Origin: a virus
Taxonomy: Duplodnaviria; Heunggongvirae; Uroviricota; Caudoviricetes
Virus record (IMG/VR): IMGVR_UViG_2648501338_000019
Strand: one strand, 5' to 3'
Length of the DNA: 23,612 nucleotides
Part shown: one piece after another, positions 15,470-23,612 of the stretch
Layout: every line of letters starts with the position of its first letter
Numbering within the stretch: position 1 is the first letter of the stretch
Notes under the pieces: model-generated
Told to the model about the DNA's origin: nothing
What the model saw: the letters and a program-made list of their open reading frames with translations, nothing else
Database searches by the model: none
Position numbers and translations under genes: made by a program

Positions 15470-16303
15470 ATGAATATTACACAAGATAACTTAGATATTT
15501 TCACTGGATCACATGTTGAAGTGTCGATCTCTAACCAGATAGACAATCAGGTCGACTTTTTCGATCCTAGCTTTAGTTCTATGGAGAACATCGCAGCATT
15601 CCCTACGCTAACCGAATCCACAGAGATAGAAACTCTGGAAGAGTACGATCAGGACGCTACGGGGAAACTTGCTGGTTATCGTAGACTGGAACCGACAACA
15701 CTCACATTAAACCGTGTTCTTGACGATGAACATCAAGCAATGTTGATGAAAGCGGTAGAGGATAAAACACCTTTACGCTTCCGTATGTTCTATGTTGTGA
15801 ACTCTGGCTATAGTGCTGCTAACACAGGGTACTTTTGTATATTCGATGCTTACGTCACATCACATAAAACCCGTGGTAGTGATAACAAAGCTGTAACACT
15901 GGAATTTAAACTTGAACCAGATGGCGGGATTTTGGCAAGGGGTATTGCTACCGAAGGCCGGATCTTACGTCAGGGTGATTTTGGTTTGGGTGCTGGTGTA
16001 AATCCATTCACGGGTCCGATTGACAGCGAGGCATTAGCCGGAAACCGTTTCGTAACTTACAAGGGAACTGCTAGCGGTAATCCATATTCAACCGACACAG
16101 CATTAATTCACCTTCAAGCTAATGAGCATGGCGCATGGCAATTAACCTGTAATACTTCTGGCGCACCGCGTTTACGTGTCCGAAATATTCAGGAAAACGG
16201 TCGTTCTGAATGGATCAAGGTATATTCCACCAATGAGAAACCGACACCTAGCGAAATTGGCGCAGTGGCTAAGACTGACCGGATCGATTTCGGCGAATAC
16301 TAA
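15470..16303 (+). CDS. hypothetical structural protein (277 aa), candidate collar or fibre-anchoring protein; C-terminus shares the KPTPxE(I/L)G motif with the fibre
   Basis: Located between neck genes and the fibre gene; C-terminal NEKPTPSEIGAVAKTD parallels GDKPTPTELGVYSKAEVD and KKPTPEQLSQGEIA in the fibre. Confidence 0.5.
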   Translation: MNITQDNLDIFTGSHVEVSISNQIDNQVDFFDPSFSSMENIAAFPTLTESTEIETLEEYDQDATGKLAGYRRLEPTTLTLNRVLDDEHQAMLMKAVEDKTPLRFRMFYVVNSGYSAANTGYFCIFDAYVTSHKTRGSDNKAVTLEFKLEPDGGILARGIATEGRILRQGDFGLGAGVNPFTGPIDSEALAGNRFVTYKGTASGNPYSTDTALIHLQANEHGAWQLTCNTSGAPRLRVRNIQENGRSEWIKVYSTNEKPTPSEIGAVAKTDRIDFGEY

Positions 16304-16335
16304 GGATTCTCCTACCTAAATAAAACATGAACGTT

Positions 16336-16368
16336 GGGAGGTTAACGCCTCCCTTATTCCTGTTTTAT
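16336..16368 (+). terminator. stem-loop GGGAGG-TTAACG-CCTCCC followed by a T-rich tract; candidate terminator/attenuator before the fibre gene
   Basis: Perfect 6-bp stem; the downstream TTATTCCTGTTTTA is only moderately U-rich. Confidence 0.4.
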
Positions 16369-16384
16369 AGTGAGGTGATTCTAG

Positions 16385-19300
16385 ATGCAATCAATCCAAT
16401 TTAAACGCACACAGACGGCGGGTAAAAAACCAACGCCGGAACAATTATCACAGGGTGAAATCGCCTTACAGTTGGCGGATCATGTGATTTACACCAAAGA
16501 CAAAAATAATAACGTAGTCCAAATTAGTGTTTCTCCAGAAAAACACGCTGAACTGAATACGAAAGTAGACAATAACAAAACTAGCACTGACCGTGTTATT
16601 GCTTCCAACAAACAAGAAGCCGCTAATAATCTGGCTAGTGCTAAAGCTGAACTGAATCAGACTATCACTTCTACCCGTGATGCTCTCAATGCTTCAATCA
16701 CTGCTGGCGACACCGCAGCCAACAAACGAATTGATGCTTTGACTACCACAGTAGGTAACAATAAAACCGAAGCGGCTAACGCTCTGGCGGCTGCTAAGAC
16801 TGAACTGAATCAGACTATTACTTCAACCCGCGATACTATCAACGCAACAATTAACAAGAACAAGACAGATATTAATGCACGAGTTGATCAGACTAATACC
16901 AACGTTACTAACTTAACGAATACTGTCTCAGCAAATAAATCAGCCATAGAAACGACCGTAGCAAATAATAAACGCGATGCCGACACGAAGATCACCAATC
17001 TTACGGGGACAGTTAATAGCAACCATACAGCAATTAACAACAAGGTAGACCAGAATAAATCTTCTACTGATGCCGCAATTGCCGCAGCTAACCAGCGAAT
17101 TGATTCTATTGAAGGTAGTGCCGATGCTGCTTACATCAAGAAGAATACCAACACTTACCATCACGGCTATCTGTTAACCAAAACAGCTAACTATTTTGAT
17201 GATGCTGGTGCTCGTAACCTTGATTATTTTGGTGCATTCCGTCCAAACAATGCCGAAGGTTGGGGTAACTTAATCCTTAACATTCCTCATTCTGGCGGTA
17301 AAGCACACGGTCGCGGTTTTGAGTTCCACTATGGGTCTAGCTCATCTCAAGTTAAAACCTATGGCTTTGATAAAGATGGTAATAAGCGATTCAGCTACCG
17401 CATGTATCACGAAGGTGATAAGCCGACTCCGACTGAATTGGGTGTGTATAGTAAAGCCGAAGTTGATCAGATGTTCATCAAGAACGTTAGAATGACCGTT
17501 CCTTCTGGTGATGCTACTCGTGGATACTTCAAGATCGCAACCGCTACGATCCCACAGAATGGTCGAATGGTAATGCTTCGTATCTTCGGTGGTAATGGTT
17601 ATAACGTTAACTCTTATGATCAGGTTGACTTTGTAGAAATTGTCATCCGTTCCGGTAACAATAACCCGAAAGGCGTTAGTATTGCTGCTTATCGTCGAAA
17701 TGCTCTGAACGTTCATCAAGTATTTGCGGTTAATACTTCCGGTGATAACTACGATATCTACGTTAACTACGGTCGTTACACCGATAACGTTATTGTCGAA
17801 TACGGTAAAACTGATGGCGTTACTCTGACAGTACATGATGTTCCTGAATTAACTCTCGTTAAACCTTCTGTTGGTGTTACCGATGCTCGTGTTATTACGA
17901 TGTTCAACACCGAAAACAAAGCCGGAACGTTGATGTTTGATAATAACTCACAAGCAACCTATGATATTGTGAGCCTTAATAACGTACCAGACAACAATAA
18001 AAAATATATGCGTAAATTCCGCAGTCGTGCGGCGGAAACAATATGGCATGAAACTGTTCAAGGTGATGTGTATCGTTTGGCTACTGGTTCCACCGACCAA
18101 AAAGAAGTATTAAAAATTGTTGGTAGTGATGGTTTATTTGTCGATAGACTTCATCTGCAAGGCAATAACGCGATTCGTATGTGGCGTCCTACTGGTCGTA
18201 GTAACTATTTTGAATATATGGATCAGCGAGACGGGGCTAATAAACGTCAAGGCTGGTTTGGTTTTGGTTCTACAGATACTAACGATTTTCAATGGTATAG
18301 TGACGAAGGTAAAAACTTTGTTAAATTAGAAGCAAGTGGTCAAGTATCTTTAAGCACAGGTGCTACCAAAATTGTATACACCAATGGTCAATATGTAGCT
18401 GCTAACAGTGATGCATTCCGTATGATTTACGGTAACTATGGTGCATTCTGGCGTAATGATGGTCAAAACGTATATCTTCTGTCTACTGCCGAAAATGATA
18501 AATTTGGTGGTTGGAACGGCTATCGTCCATTCATTTACAATCTGGGTAGCGGTAATGTTACTTTGGGTGGTGATGGTAACGAAGGTGCATTAGTCTTAGA
18601 ACGTGCAAGTCGTGCTGCTCGTTTTGCTGGAAACACATACATTAAAGGCCAATATTTAACATTTGATGCTGGTGCTGGACAATCCCGCGACTATTTCCGT
18701 TTGAGTCATTGGGGCGATAGCAATAACGCTCGTGATAACGTTATACAGCTTGAAGATAGTAAAGGTGCTCACTTCACCACTGAACGTACTTTAGCAACTG
18801 GTGCGATTAAAACTAAATTCTTCGGTGATTTGGAATCTGCTGGTCTGATTCGCTGGGGTAAGGGTACAGCTACTTCTAGTTTCAATATTCGTGCATGGGG
18901 CGCTGATGCTCGTAAACAAGTATTTGAATGTGCTGATGAAAGCGGTTGGCATTGGTATACCCAACGTCCGGGCGGTCCGGGTACTACGGCAATTGAGTTT
19001 GCCATCAACGGTACTGTTAAGCCTCAAGCAATTCACACTGGCGGTAATATCACGCTTAACGGTGCTGATATTGAATTTAAGCGCACTGGTAATAAGCATT
19101 TGTGGTTTAGAGATCCGAATGGCTTAGAACTAGGTTTGATGTATTCCGATGATGCTGGTGTTATTCGCTTCCGTGGTCAGAAACAAGCCCAGACGTGGAA
19201 ACTTGCGGATAAGATGATCCAGTTGGAATCTGGTACTGTAACCGGTGGCGGTAATGGCCTGATTCGTGGTGAAGTTGCTGGCGGTAGTTGGGCTAGCTGG

Positions 19301-19885
19301 CGTGACCGTGCTGCTGGTCTTATGGTTGGGTGTCCTCAATCCACCAACTCGGCACATAACGTATGGAAAGCGACGCATTGGGGTAAATATCACATTGCAG
19401 CAATGGGTGTGCACGTTCCTGACGGTACTATCGGTAACGCTCTTGTTCGTCTCCATGTTCATGATACTAACTTTGACTTTAACGCTGCTGGTGACTTTAC
19501 CGCAGGTCGTAACGGTTCGTTTAACGATGTTTACATTCGCTCTGACTCCCGTTTGAAGATTAACAAGGAAGAATTACAGGACGGCGCATTAGAGAAAGTA
19601 AACTCACTGAAAGTCTACACCTACGATAAAGTTAAATCTCTTAAAGACCGTAGTGTGATTAAACGCGAAGTAGGTATTATTGCTCAGGATCTGGAAGAAG
19701 TATTGCCGGAAGCAGTAGGTATTCAATCCACCGAAGATCCAGAAAATCCAGAAGCAATCAAGACTATTTCTAACTCTGCTGTCAATGCTTTAATCATCAA
19801 AGCTATGCAGGAAATGGACGCCAAATATAAAGCCCAGATCGAAGCATTACAGAAAGAAATTGCCGAACTGAAAGCAACTAAATAA
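16385..19885 (+). CDS. long fibre protein (1166 aa) with a tandemly duplicated N-terminal rod segment and a C-terminal intramolecular chaperone (peptidase S74-like) domain
   Basis: C-terminus RSDSRLKINKEEL...VYTYDKVK...GIIAQDLEEVLPEAV matches the autoproteolytic chaperone domain of phage fibres and tailspikes; N/T/S-rich beta-type sequence in the middle. Confidence 0.85.
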   Translation: MQSIQFKRTQTAGKKPTPEQLSQGEIALQLADHVIYTKDKNNNVVQISVSPEKHAELNTKVDNNKTSTDRVIASNKQEAANNLASAKAELNQTITSTRDALNASITAGDTAANKRIDALTTTVGNNKTEAANALAAAKTELNQTITSTRDTINATINKNKTDINARVDQTNTNVTNLTNTVSANKSAIETTVANNKRDADTKITNLTGTVNSNHTAINNKVDQNKSSTDAAIAAANQRIDSIEGSADAAYIKKNTNTYHHGYLLTKTANYFDDAGARNLDYFGAFRPNNAEGWGNLILNIPHSGGKAHGRGFEFHYGSSSSQVKTYGFDKDGNKRFSYRMYHEGDKPTPTELGVYSKAEVDQMFIKNVRMTVPSGDATRGYFKIATATIPQNGRMVMLRIFGGNGYNVNSYDQVDFVEIVIRSGNNNPKGVSIAAYRRNALNVHQVFAVNTSGDNYDIYVNYGRYTDNVIVEYGKTDGVTLTVHDVPELTLVKPSVGVTDARVITMFNTENKAGTLMFDNNSQATYDIVSLNNVPDNNKKYMRKFRSRAAETIWHETVQGDVYRLATGSTDQKEVLKIVGSDGLFVDRLHLQGNNAIRMWRPTGRSNYFEYMDQRDGANKRQGWFGFGSTDTNDFQWYSDEGKNFVKLEASGQVSLSTGATKIVYTNGQYVAANSDAFRMIYGNYGAFWRNDGQNVYLLSTAENDKFGGWNGYRPFIYNLGSGNVTLGGDGNEGALVLERASRAARFAGNTYIKGQYLTFDAGAGQSRDYFRLSHWGDSNNARDNVIQLEDSKGAHFTTERTLATGAIKTKFFGDLESAGLIRWGKGTATSSFNIRAWGADARKQVFECADESGWHWYTQRPGGPGTTAIEFAINGTVKPQAIHTGGNITLNGADIEFKRTGNKHLWFRDPNGLELGLMYSDDAGVIRFRGQKQAQTWKLADKMIQLESGTVTGGGNGLIRGEVAGGSWASWRDRAAGLMVGCPQSTNSAHNVWKATHWGKYHIAAMGVHVPDGTIGNALVRLHVHDTNFDFNAAGDFTAGRNGSFNDVYIRSDSRLKINKEELQDGALEKVNSLKVYTYDKVKSLKDRSVIKREVGIIAQDLEEVLPEAVGIQSTEDPENPEAIKTISNSAVNALIIKAMQEMDAKYKAQIEALQKEIAELKATK

Positions 19886-19941
19886 TAAAAGTCGGGGGAC
19901 TAGTTCCCCCGTAATAACAATTTTAATTAAGGGGTAATTCT

Positions 19942-20415
19942 ATGTCTCAGCAATTCAAAGATATTTTTACTGGTGGTCTGGTAAGTCTGTTCTATCACGC
20001 GGACACCACTAATACCGCTCTCGACCACGAAAGCTACGAAGAAATTAAAGAGTGTGCTGGTTTTCCTGAAACTGGTATCGAGCGCGGTACTGTAGAAGTT
20101 AAATCCTTCTCTTCTCAGTATAACCGTAAACTGGTAGGGAAGCTGAACGTTCCTGATCTGACTCTGACCGTTAACTACATCCCAGGCGATGCGGTACATG
20201 AAAAACTGATCAAAGCTGCCGAAGACGGTACTCGTATTCAGATTAAAGTAGAATATTACGTTGACGCAGCAAAACAGACTGGTATTCGCACCGCTTTCAA
20301 CGGCTTCATTTCTAAAGTTGCTATGAACGGTGGCGATGAAGAAGTTGTAACCAAAGAGTTTACCTTCGCGGTGGATGGTGCTCCGCTGAAACAGCAAATC
20401 TTCACTGCCGGATGA
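19942..20415 (+). CDS. major tail (tube) protein (157 aa); TGA stop
   Basis: Size, composition and position immediately upstream of the chaperone and tape-measure genes; conserved TTAAGGGGTAAT initiation motif. Confidence 0.7.
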   Translation: MSQQFKDIFTGGLVSLFYHADTTNTALDHESYEEIKECAGFPETGIERGTVEVKSFSSQYNRKLVGKLNVPDLTLTVNYIPGDAVHEKLIKAAEDGTRIQIKVEYYVDAAKQTGIRTAFNGFISKVAMNGGDEEVVTKEFTFAVDGAPLKQQIFTAG

Positions 20416-20535
20416 ACTAACGAAGAACTTCCCGAACCGGAACCACAGCCGGAACATGAAGCGGTGGTGATTCCAGAAGTAGAAGAAGTTACGGCGAAAG
20501 CCACAGCTAAACGAAGCCGCAAGGCTAAAGATTAA
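20416..20535 (+). CDS. in-frame 39-codon extension after the major tail gene TGA (TNEELPEPEPQPEHEAVVIPEVEEVTAKATAKRSRKAKD, then TAA); candidate readthrough product
   Basis: Frame checked codon by codon; shares the opening TGA ACT AAC G and the closing VTAKAT-x-K...RK-x-K motif with the capsid extension. Confidence 0.4.
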   Translation, partial: TNEELPEPEPQPEHEAVVIPEVEEVTAKATAKRSRKAKD

Positions 20536-20540
20536 TTATA

Positions 20541-20570
20541 AGCCCTGCCTTAATGGTGGGGCTTTTTTAT
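20541..20570 (+). terminator. rho-independent terminator (AGCCCTGCC-TTAAT-GGTGGGGCT + T6), homolog of the one at 14707
   Basis: Same stem sequence as the capsid terminator; loop differs by one inserted base. Confidence 0.8.
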
Positions 20571-20583
20571 TGGAGTAATCAAA

Positions 20584-21090
20584 ATGGCGAATGTCGTTAA
20601 TAAGCCTGGCTGGGTCGGGTCATCTGCTGTTTCTGTAACTGGTCAACGATGGATGAGCGCAGCAATGAACGCATTAAAGGTTAGTCGCCCAGCTAACATG
20701 AGTGCGATGTGTGGTCGTGGTATGGATACGGTTGTAGCTACTGCTGCGTGGTCTACTTCATTGGGTAATAACTGGGGTGTAACTGCTTCAAACTATCCAG
20801 TAACTGACATGCGCGGTAAAGGATCTATGGAGAACCCCGAAAACGTGGGCGTAGGGCGTCTGATTGGCGTTATCGTTGGTCAATTCAATGGCGGTACTCC
20901 TACTATGGCTGTATATCTCCAGAACGGTAGAGCGGGGAATATAACCGTTAATTTGGGTGGTGCTGCTGTCACTGTTCCTTATAACAGTATGCAAAGCGGT
21001 TTTCATTACTATTGGTTAAGCAATCCTCCGGCTGCTTTACTCAATAACATTAAGAAGACTGGCACTAAGCAGACTTTGAAAATCTCTTAA
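20584..21090 (+). CDS. hypothetical protein (168 aa), G/S/T/N-rich beta-type; likely minor structural protein or moron between the tail tube and chaperone genes
   Basis: ORF with SD GGAG; no family recognised. Confidence 0.45.
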   Translation: MANVVNKPGWVGSSAVSVTGQRWMSAAMNALKVSRPANMSAMCGRGMDTVVATAAWSTSLGNNWGVTASNYPVTDMRGKGSMENPENVGVGRLIGVIVGQFNGGTPTMAVYLQNGRAGNITVNLGGAAVTVPYNSMQSGFHYYWLSNPPAALLNNIKKTGTKQTLKIS

Positions 21091-21135
21091 ATTCTAAATA
21101 AATACAGCGTAATCACTATTAATGAGGAAACAATA

Positions 21136-21444
21136 ATGAATCTGAATGAAATGCTGAAAGCTCTTTCTCCGAAACGTGAATCTTTAACCCTCGGAGGATT
21201 TACGTTCTATGCTCGCCCTATGTCGGTACAAGAATTTAATGAACATGTTTTCAATACTGATAAAAAAGACCGTGATGAACGCTCTATTCTTCGTTGTATT
21301 GAAGATGAAGACGGTAAGCCAGTATTTGAATCTATTGAACAAGTTAAGGCATTGTATACTAGCGTCCGCAGCGAATTAATCGGCTTAGTTGCTCAAGCAT
21401 CATTGATGAAAGATGCGGCGGTAATTGAAAACGAGGTAAAGTAA
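21136..21444 (+). CDS. tail assembly chaperone (lambda gpG-like position)
   Basis: 102-aa ORF directly upstream of the tape measure gene, with an overlapping ORF in the -1 frame, which is the canonical G/GT arrangement. Confidence 0.6.
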   Translation: MNLNEMLKALSPKRESLTLGGFTFYARPMSVQEFNEHVFNTDKKDRDERSILRCIEDEDGKPVFESIEQVKALYTSVRSELIGLVAQASLMKDAAVIENEVK

Positions 21445-21452
21445 ACCCGCTC

Positions 21453-21827
21453 TTGAATTTTTATTTTCGGCAAATGATGCGTCGGGGCTTGAGTAAAGAT
21501 GAGATGGATAATATGCCAATTACGCTATTTTGGGCGTTGCATATATTCGATACATATCTTGAACCACAAAGCCCCCTGTTTCAAGATGCGCGACATGCAC
21601 AGTCGATGTATTACATGCACGTTACATCTCCTAACATGACTCGTGAATGGTTGAATAAAATCAATGTTAACCAATTCCGAATGATTAAGGACGACAAGCA
21701 ATTTAAAACGCAAGAAGAAATAAAAGAAATTGCTCGTAAGAAAGAGGAAGAACGTAACGCTGCTTTGGTTGATAGTTTTTTCGACGCTTCATTATTACAA
21801 AAGCTCAAGAGCGGACAATTGGGGTAA
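21453..21827 (+). CDS. T-like ORF in the -1 frame relative to the chaperone gene; probably expressed only as a G-T fusion via programmed -1 frameshift
   Basis: The -1 frame opens at 21429, 16 nt before the G stop; the track's start at 21453 is a TTG with no SD; ends 3 nt before the tape measure ATG. Confidence 0.5.
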   Translation: MNFYFRQMMRRGLSKDEMDNMPITLFWALHIFDTYLEPQSPLFQDARHAQSMYYMHVTSPNMTREWLNKINVNQFRMIKDDKQFKTQEEIKEIARKKEEERNAALVDSFFDASLLQKLKSGQLG

Positions 21828-21830
21828 TTT

Positions 21831-23612
21831 ATGACAAGACATATAGTAACAATAGAAGGAGATAATGACGGTCTAAGGAGAAGTACCAATCAGGCGATAG
21901 AGATGCTTGATAACCTTTCAGAAAGGGCAATGAATCTTGATTTGTCTGGTGGTTTATCTAGTTTAAGTGGAACCCTTCGCGGAACTGGTGGATCGCTTGC
22001 TTTGGCTGCTGGTGGTTTTGTTGGTTTGGCTGCTGGCGCTATTTCTGCTGCAAATGCCATCGGTGATTATGTAAAGGAATACAGCGAAGTTTCAAAAGCA
22101 ACTGGTTTAACCGTCGAAACACTCCAGAAATTAGAGAAGCAATTCTCCGGTACTGGCTTAACCGTTGAGAAATTTGGTGATATTAACAAAGACACCTTAG
22201 ATAAGCTGGCTGATGCATGGCGTAACGGTGGCGGTATTGAAGACGACCTAGAAAGTGTAGGTTTGAAGATTAAAGATTATGCCGAGTTTATGAACGATCC
22301 ACAAGGCGGGATGAAAGCGGCGATCAAGGTCTTCTATGATATGCGCAAGGCTGGTGCGTCTATCGCTGATGTTAAGTTTATGATGGAATCGTTAGCCAGT
22401 GATTCAAGTCATATGGCTGATGAATTGCAGAAATACGGATCTTATCAGGAAGCTGTAAACGCCATTAATCAGCAAACTGTTAAAATCACCAATGACACAG
22501 CCGAAGAATATAATAAATTCTCTAAAAATATGGATACCCTTACCGATAACTTAAAGGGTATGGCTGCAAATGCACTAAATCCAGTTGTTGAAGGGATGAA
22601 TAATCTTTACAACTGGTTTGATAAAGATTGGGAAAAGACCGCTTTATTCAACGCATTAAAGACTTTTAATGAAAGGTTTGAAAAAGCTCGCCAGAATATG
22701 GCTATGGCTAACGGTGGTTTTATTAACAAGCATGGTTATAGTTCTACTGGTCTAGCGGGTGGACAAGCCAGCTTCAACAATAAACCAAATTATCCTGATC
22801 GTTGGGTGGATAGTGAAGGCGTTACCCGTGATAAAAACGGTGATCCGGTAATTACTATCACTGGAAATAAATCGGATACCGGATTTACCCCAACGGGTCA
22901 AGGTGGAGGCGTCACCGGACCATCGAAAAAAGAACAAGAAGAAGCCAAGAAGAAAGCGGAAGAGGCAGCTAAAAAGGCTAAGGAAGCCGCAGAAAAAGCA
23001 CAGAAAGCACGCGAGGATGCAATCAAGCGACTGAATGCTCTTGATGTTAAATTGCAAGGACAGACAGCCGCGTCTATTGCTTCTCAAAACAAGCAGTTAG
23101 AAGCCAGCTTGAAAGATTTAGACACTGCTTTAGATATGGGCTTAATCTCTCAGCAAGACGCAGCCGCTAAACGTCAGCAACTGTTAGATCAGAACGCAGA
23201 AAACATCTATAAAATGATGTTGGGTGCTGATCCGATTGATGCTCTGAATGCCTTAACAGTTTTGCAACAAATCAGGGACAACGAGCTAGAAAGCCATAAA
23301 CGGTTACTTGATGGTAAAGCTATCTCCTACGAAGAATATATGCGTCGTGTGAATGATACCGAGCAAAACTATTCTCAGATTGATAGTCAGTTACAGGGAA
23401 TGGATGGTTTTAAAACCAATCAATTGACTAATAGCTTAGACTATCAGGATTCAAATAACCCGTTTGCTAAATTTAATGCAATCGATCAAGAGAAATCGGA
23501 AGCTGAACAAGATTATGTGAACCGCCCCGGGTTTCCTGGAGAGTGTTTTATCTGTGAACTCAGGCTGCCAGATCATCGTTTCCGATGGAAGCATAATAAG
23601 CTTTTTCTGCTT
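21831..23612 (+). CDS. tail tape measure protein, 5' portion (open to the end of the window)
   Basis: Open frame of 594 codons with no stop; N-terminal glycine/alanine-rich hydrophobic segment (GGSLALAAGGFVGLAAGAISAANAIG) and a lysine/glutamate-rich coiled coil (KKEQEEAKKKAEEAAKKAKEAAEKAQKARE); canonical position after G/GT. Confidence 0.75.
   Translation, partial: MTRHIVTIEGDNDGLRRSTNQAIEMLDNLSERAMNLDLSGGLSSLSGTLRGTGGSLALAAGGFVGLAAGAISAANAIGDYVKEYSEVSKATGLTVETLQKLEKQFSGTGLTVEKFGDINKDTLDKLADAWRNGGGIEDDLESVGLKIKDYAEFMNDPQGGMKAAIKVFYDMRKAGASIADVKFMMESLASDSSHMADELQKYGSYQEAVNAINQQTVKITNDTAEEYNKFSKNMDTLTDNLKGMAANALNPVVEGMNNLYNWFDKDWEKTALFNALKTFNERFEKARQNMAMANGGFINKHGYSSTGLAGGQASFNNKPNYPDRWVDSEGVTRDKNGDPVITITGNKSDTGFTPTGQGGGVTGPSKKEQEEAKKKAEEAAKKAKEAAEKAQKAREDAIKRLNALDVKLQGQTAASIASQNKQLEASLKDLDTALDMGLISQQDAAAKRQQLLDQNAENIYKMMLGADPIDALNALTVLQQIRDNELESHKRLLDGKAISYEEYMRRVNDTEQNYSQIDSQLQGMDGFKTNQLTNSLDYQDSNNPFAKFNAIDQEKSEAEQDYVNRPGFPGECFICELRLPDHRFRWKHNKLFLL

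Noticed and set aside
16940-19556. Antisense and alternative-frame ORFs inside the fibre gene (16940-17164, 17342-17836, 18117-18329, 18769-19008, 18791-19099, 18891-19127, 19130-19462, 19266-19556)
   Set aside because: They lie within the 1166-aa fibre CDS, lack initiation signals and have artefact-like composition.
12566-20535. Alternative explanation that in-frame TGA reflects a reassigned genetic code (TGA as sense)
   Set aside because: Only two in-frame TGAs exist in the late module, each exactly where the homologous protein would naturally end; all other genes terminate at TAA, and no internal TGA interrupts the terminase, portal or fibre genes. Site-specific leaky termination fits better than global recoding.
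22752-23087. Minus-strand ORF of 111 aa inside the tape measure gene
   Set aside because: Antisense to the long open tape-measure frame, Phe/Leu/Cys-rich, no SD.
1-23612. Integrase, excisionase and att core near the HicB divergence point
   Set aside because: No tyrosine or serine recombinase ORF is present in the window and no direct repeat could be paired without the other end of the element, so the prophage-boundary interpretation stays unproven.

Overview
The window reads as about 23.6 kb of a siphovirus-like, cos-type (lambda-like packaging) phage or prophage of an enterobacterial host. Bases 1-8500 are an accessory/early region: a HicB-like antitoxin N-domain ORF, a secreted LprI/DUF1311-like protein, a Nu1-like small terminase, two tiny membrane peptides, a leftward three-gene operon including a protein ending in an (Ala-Tyr)9 tail, a 1.3 kb non-coding region with an iteron array, an Rha-family regulator and three paralogous small HTH proteins. 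Bases 8500-23612 are a co-linear late module: GpA-family large terminase, lambda-type portal, a prohead protease-major capsid fusion, neck proteins, a 1166-aa fibre with a C-terminal S74-type chaperone domain, the major tail protein, G/GT-like chaperones and the 5' part of the tape measure gene. The most striking signal is that the major capsid and major tail genes are the only two late-module genes ending in TGA, and each is followed in frame by a homologous ~40-codon extension closed by TAA and a near-identical terminator. I read this as a candidate programmed stop-codon readthrough cassette. No integrase, att site, CRISPR array, rRNA or convincing tRNA was found. All calls are from reading the sequence and recalled family signatures; no database search was run.
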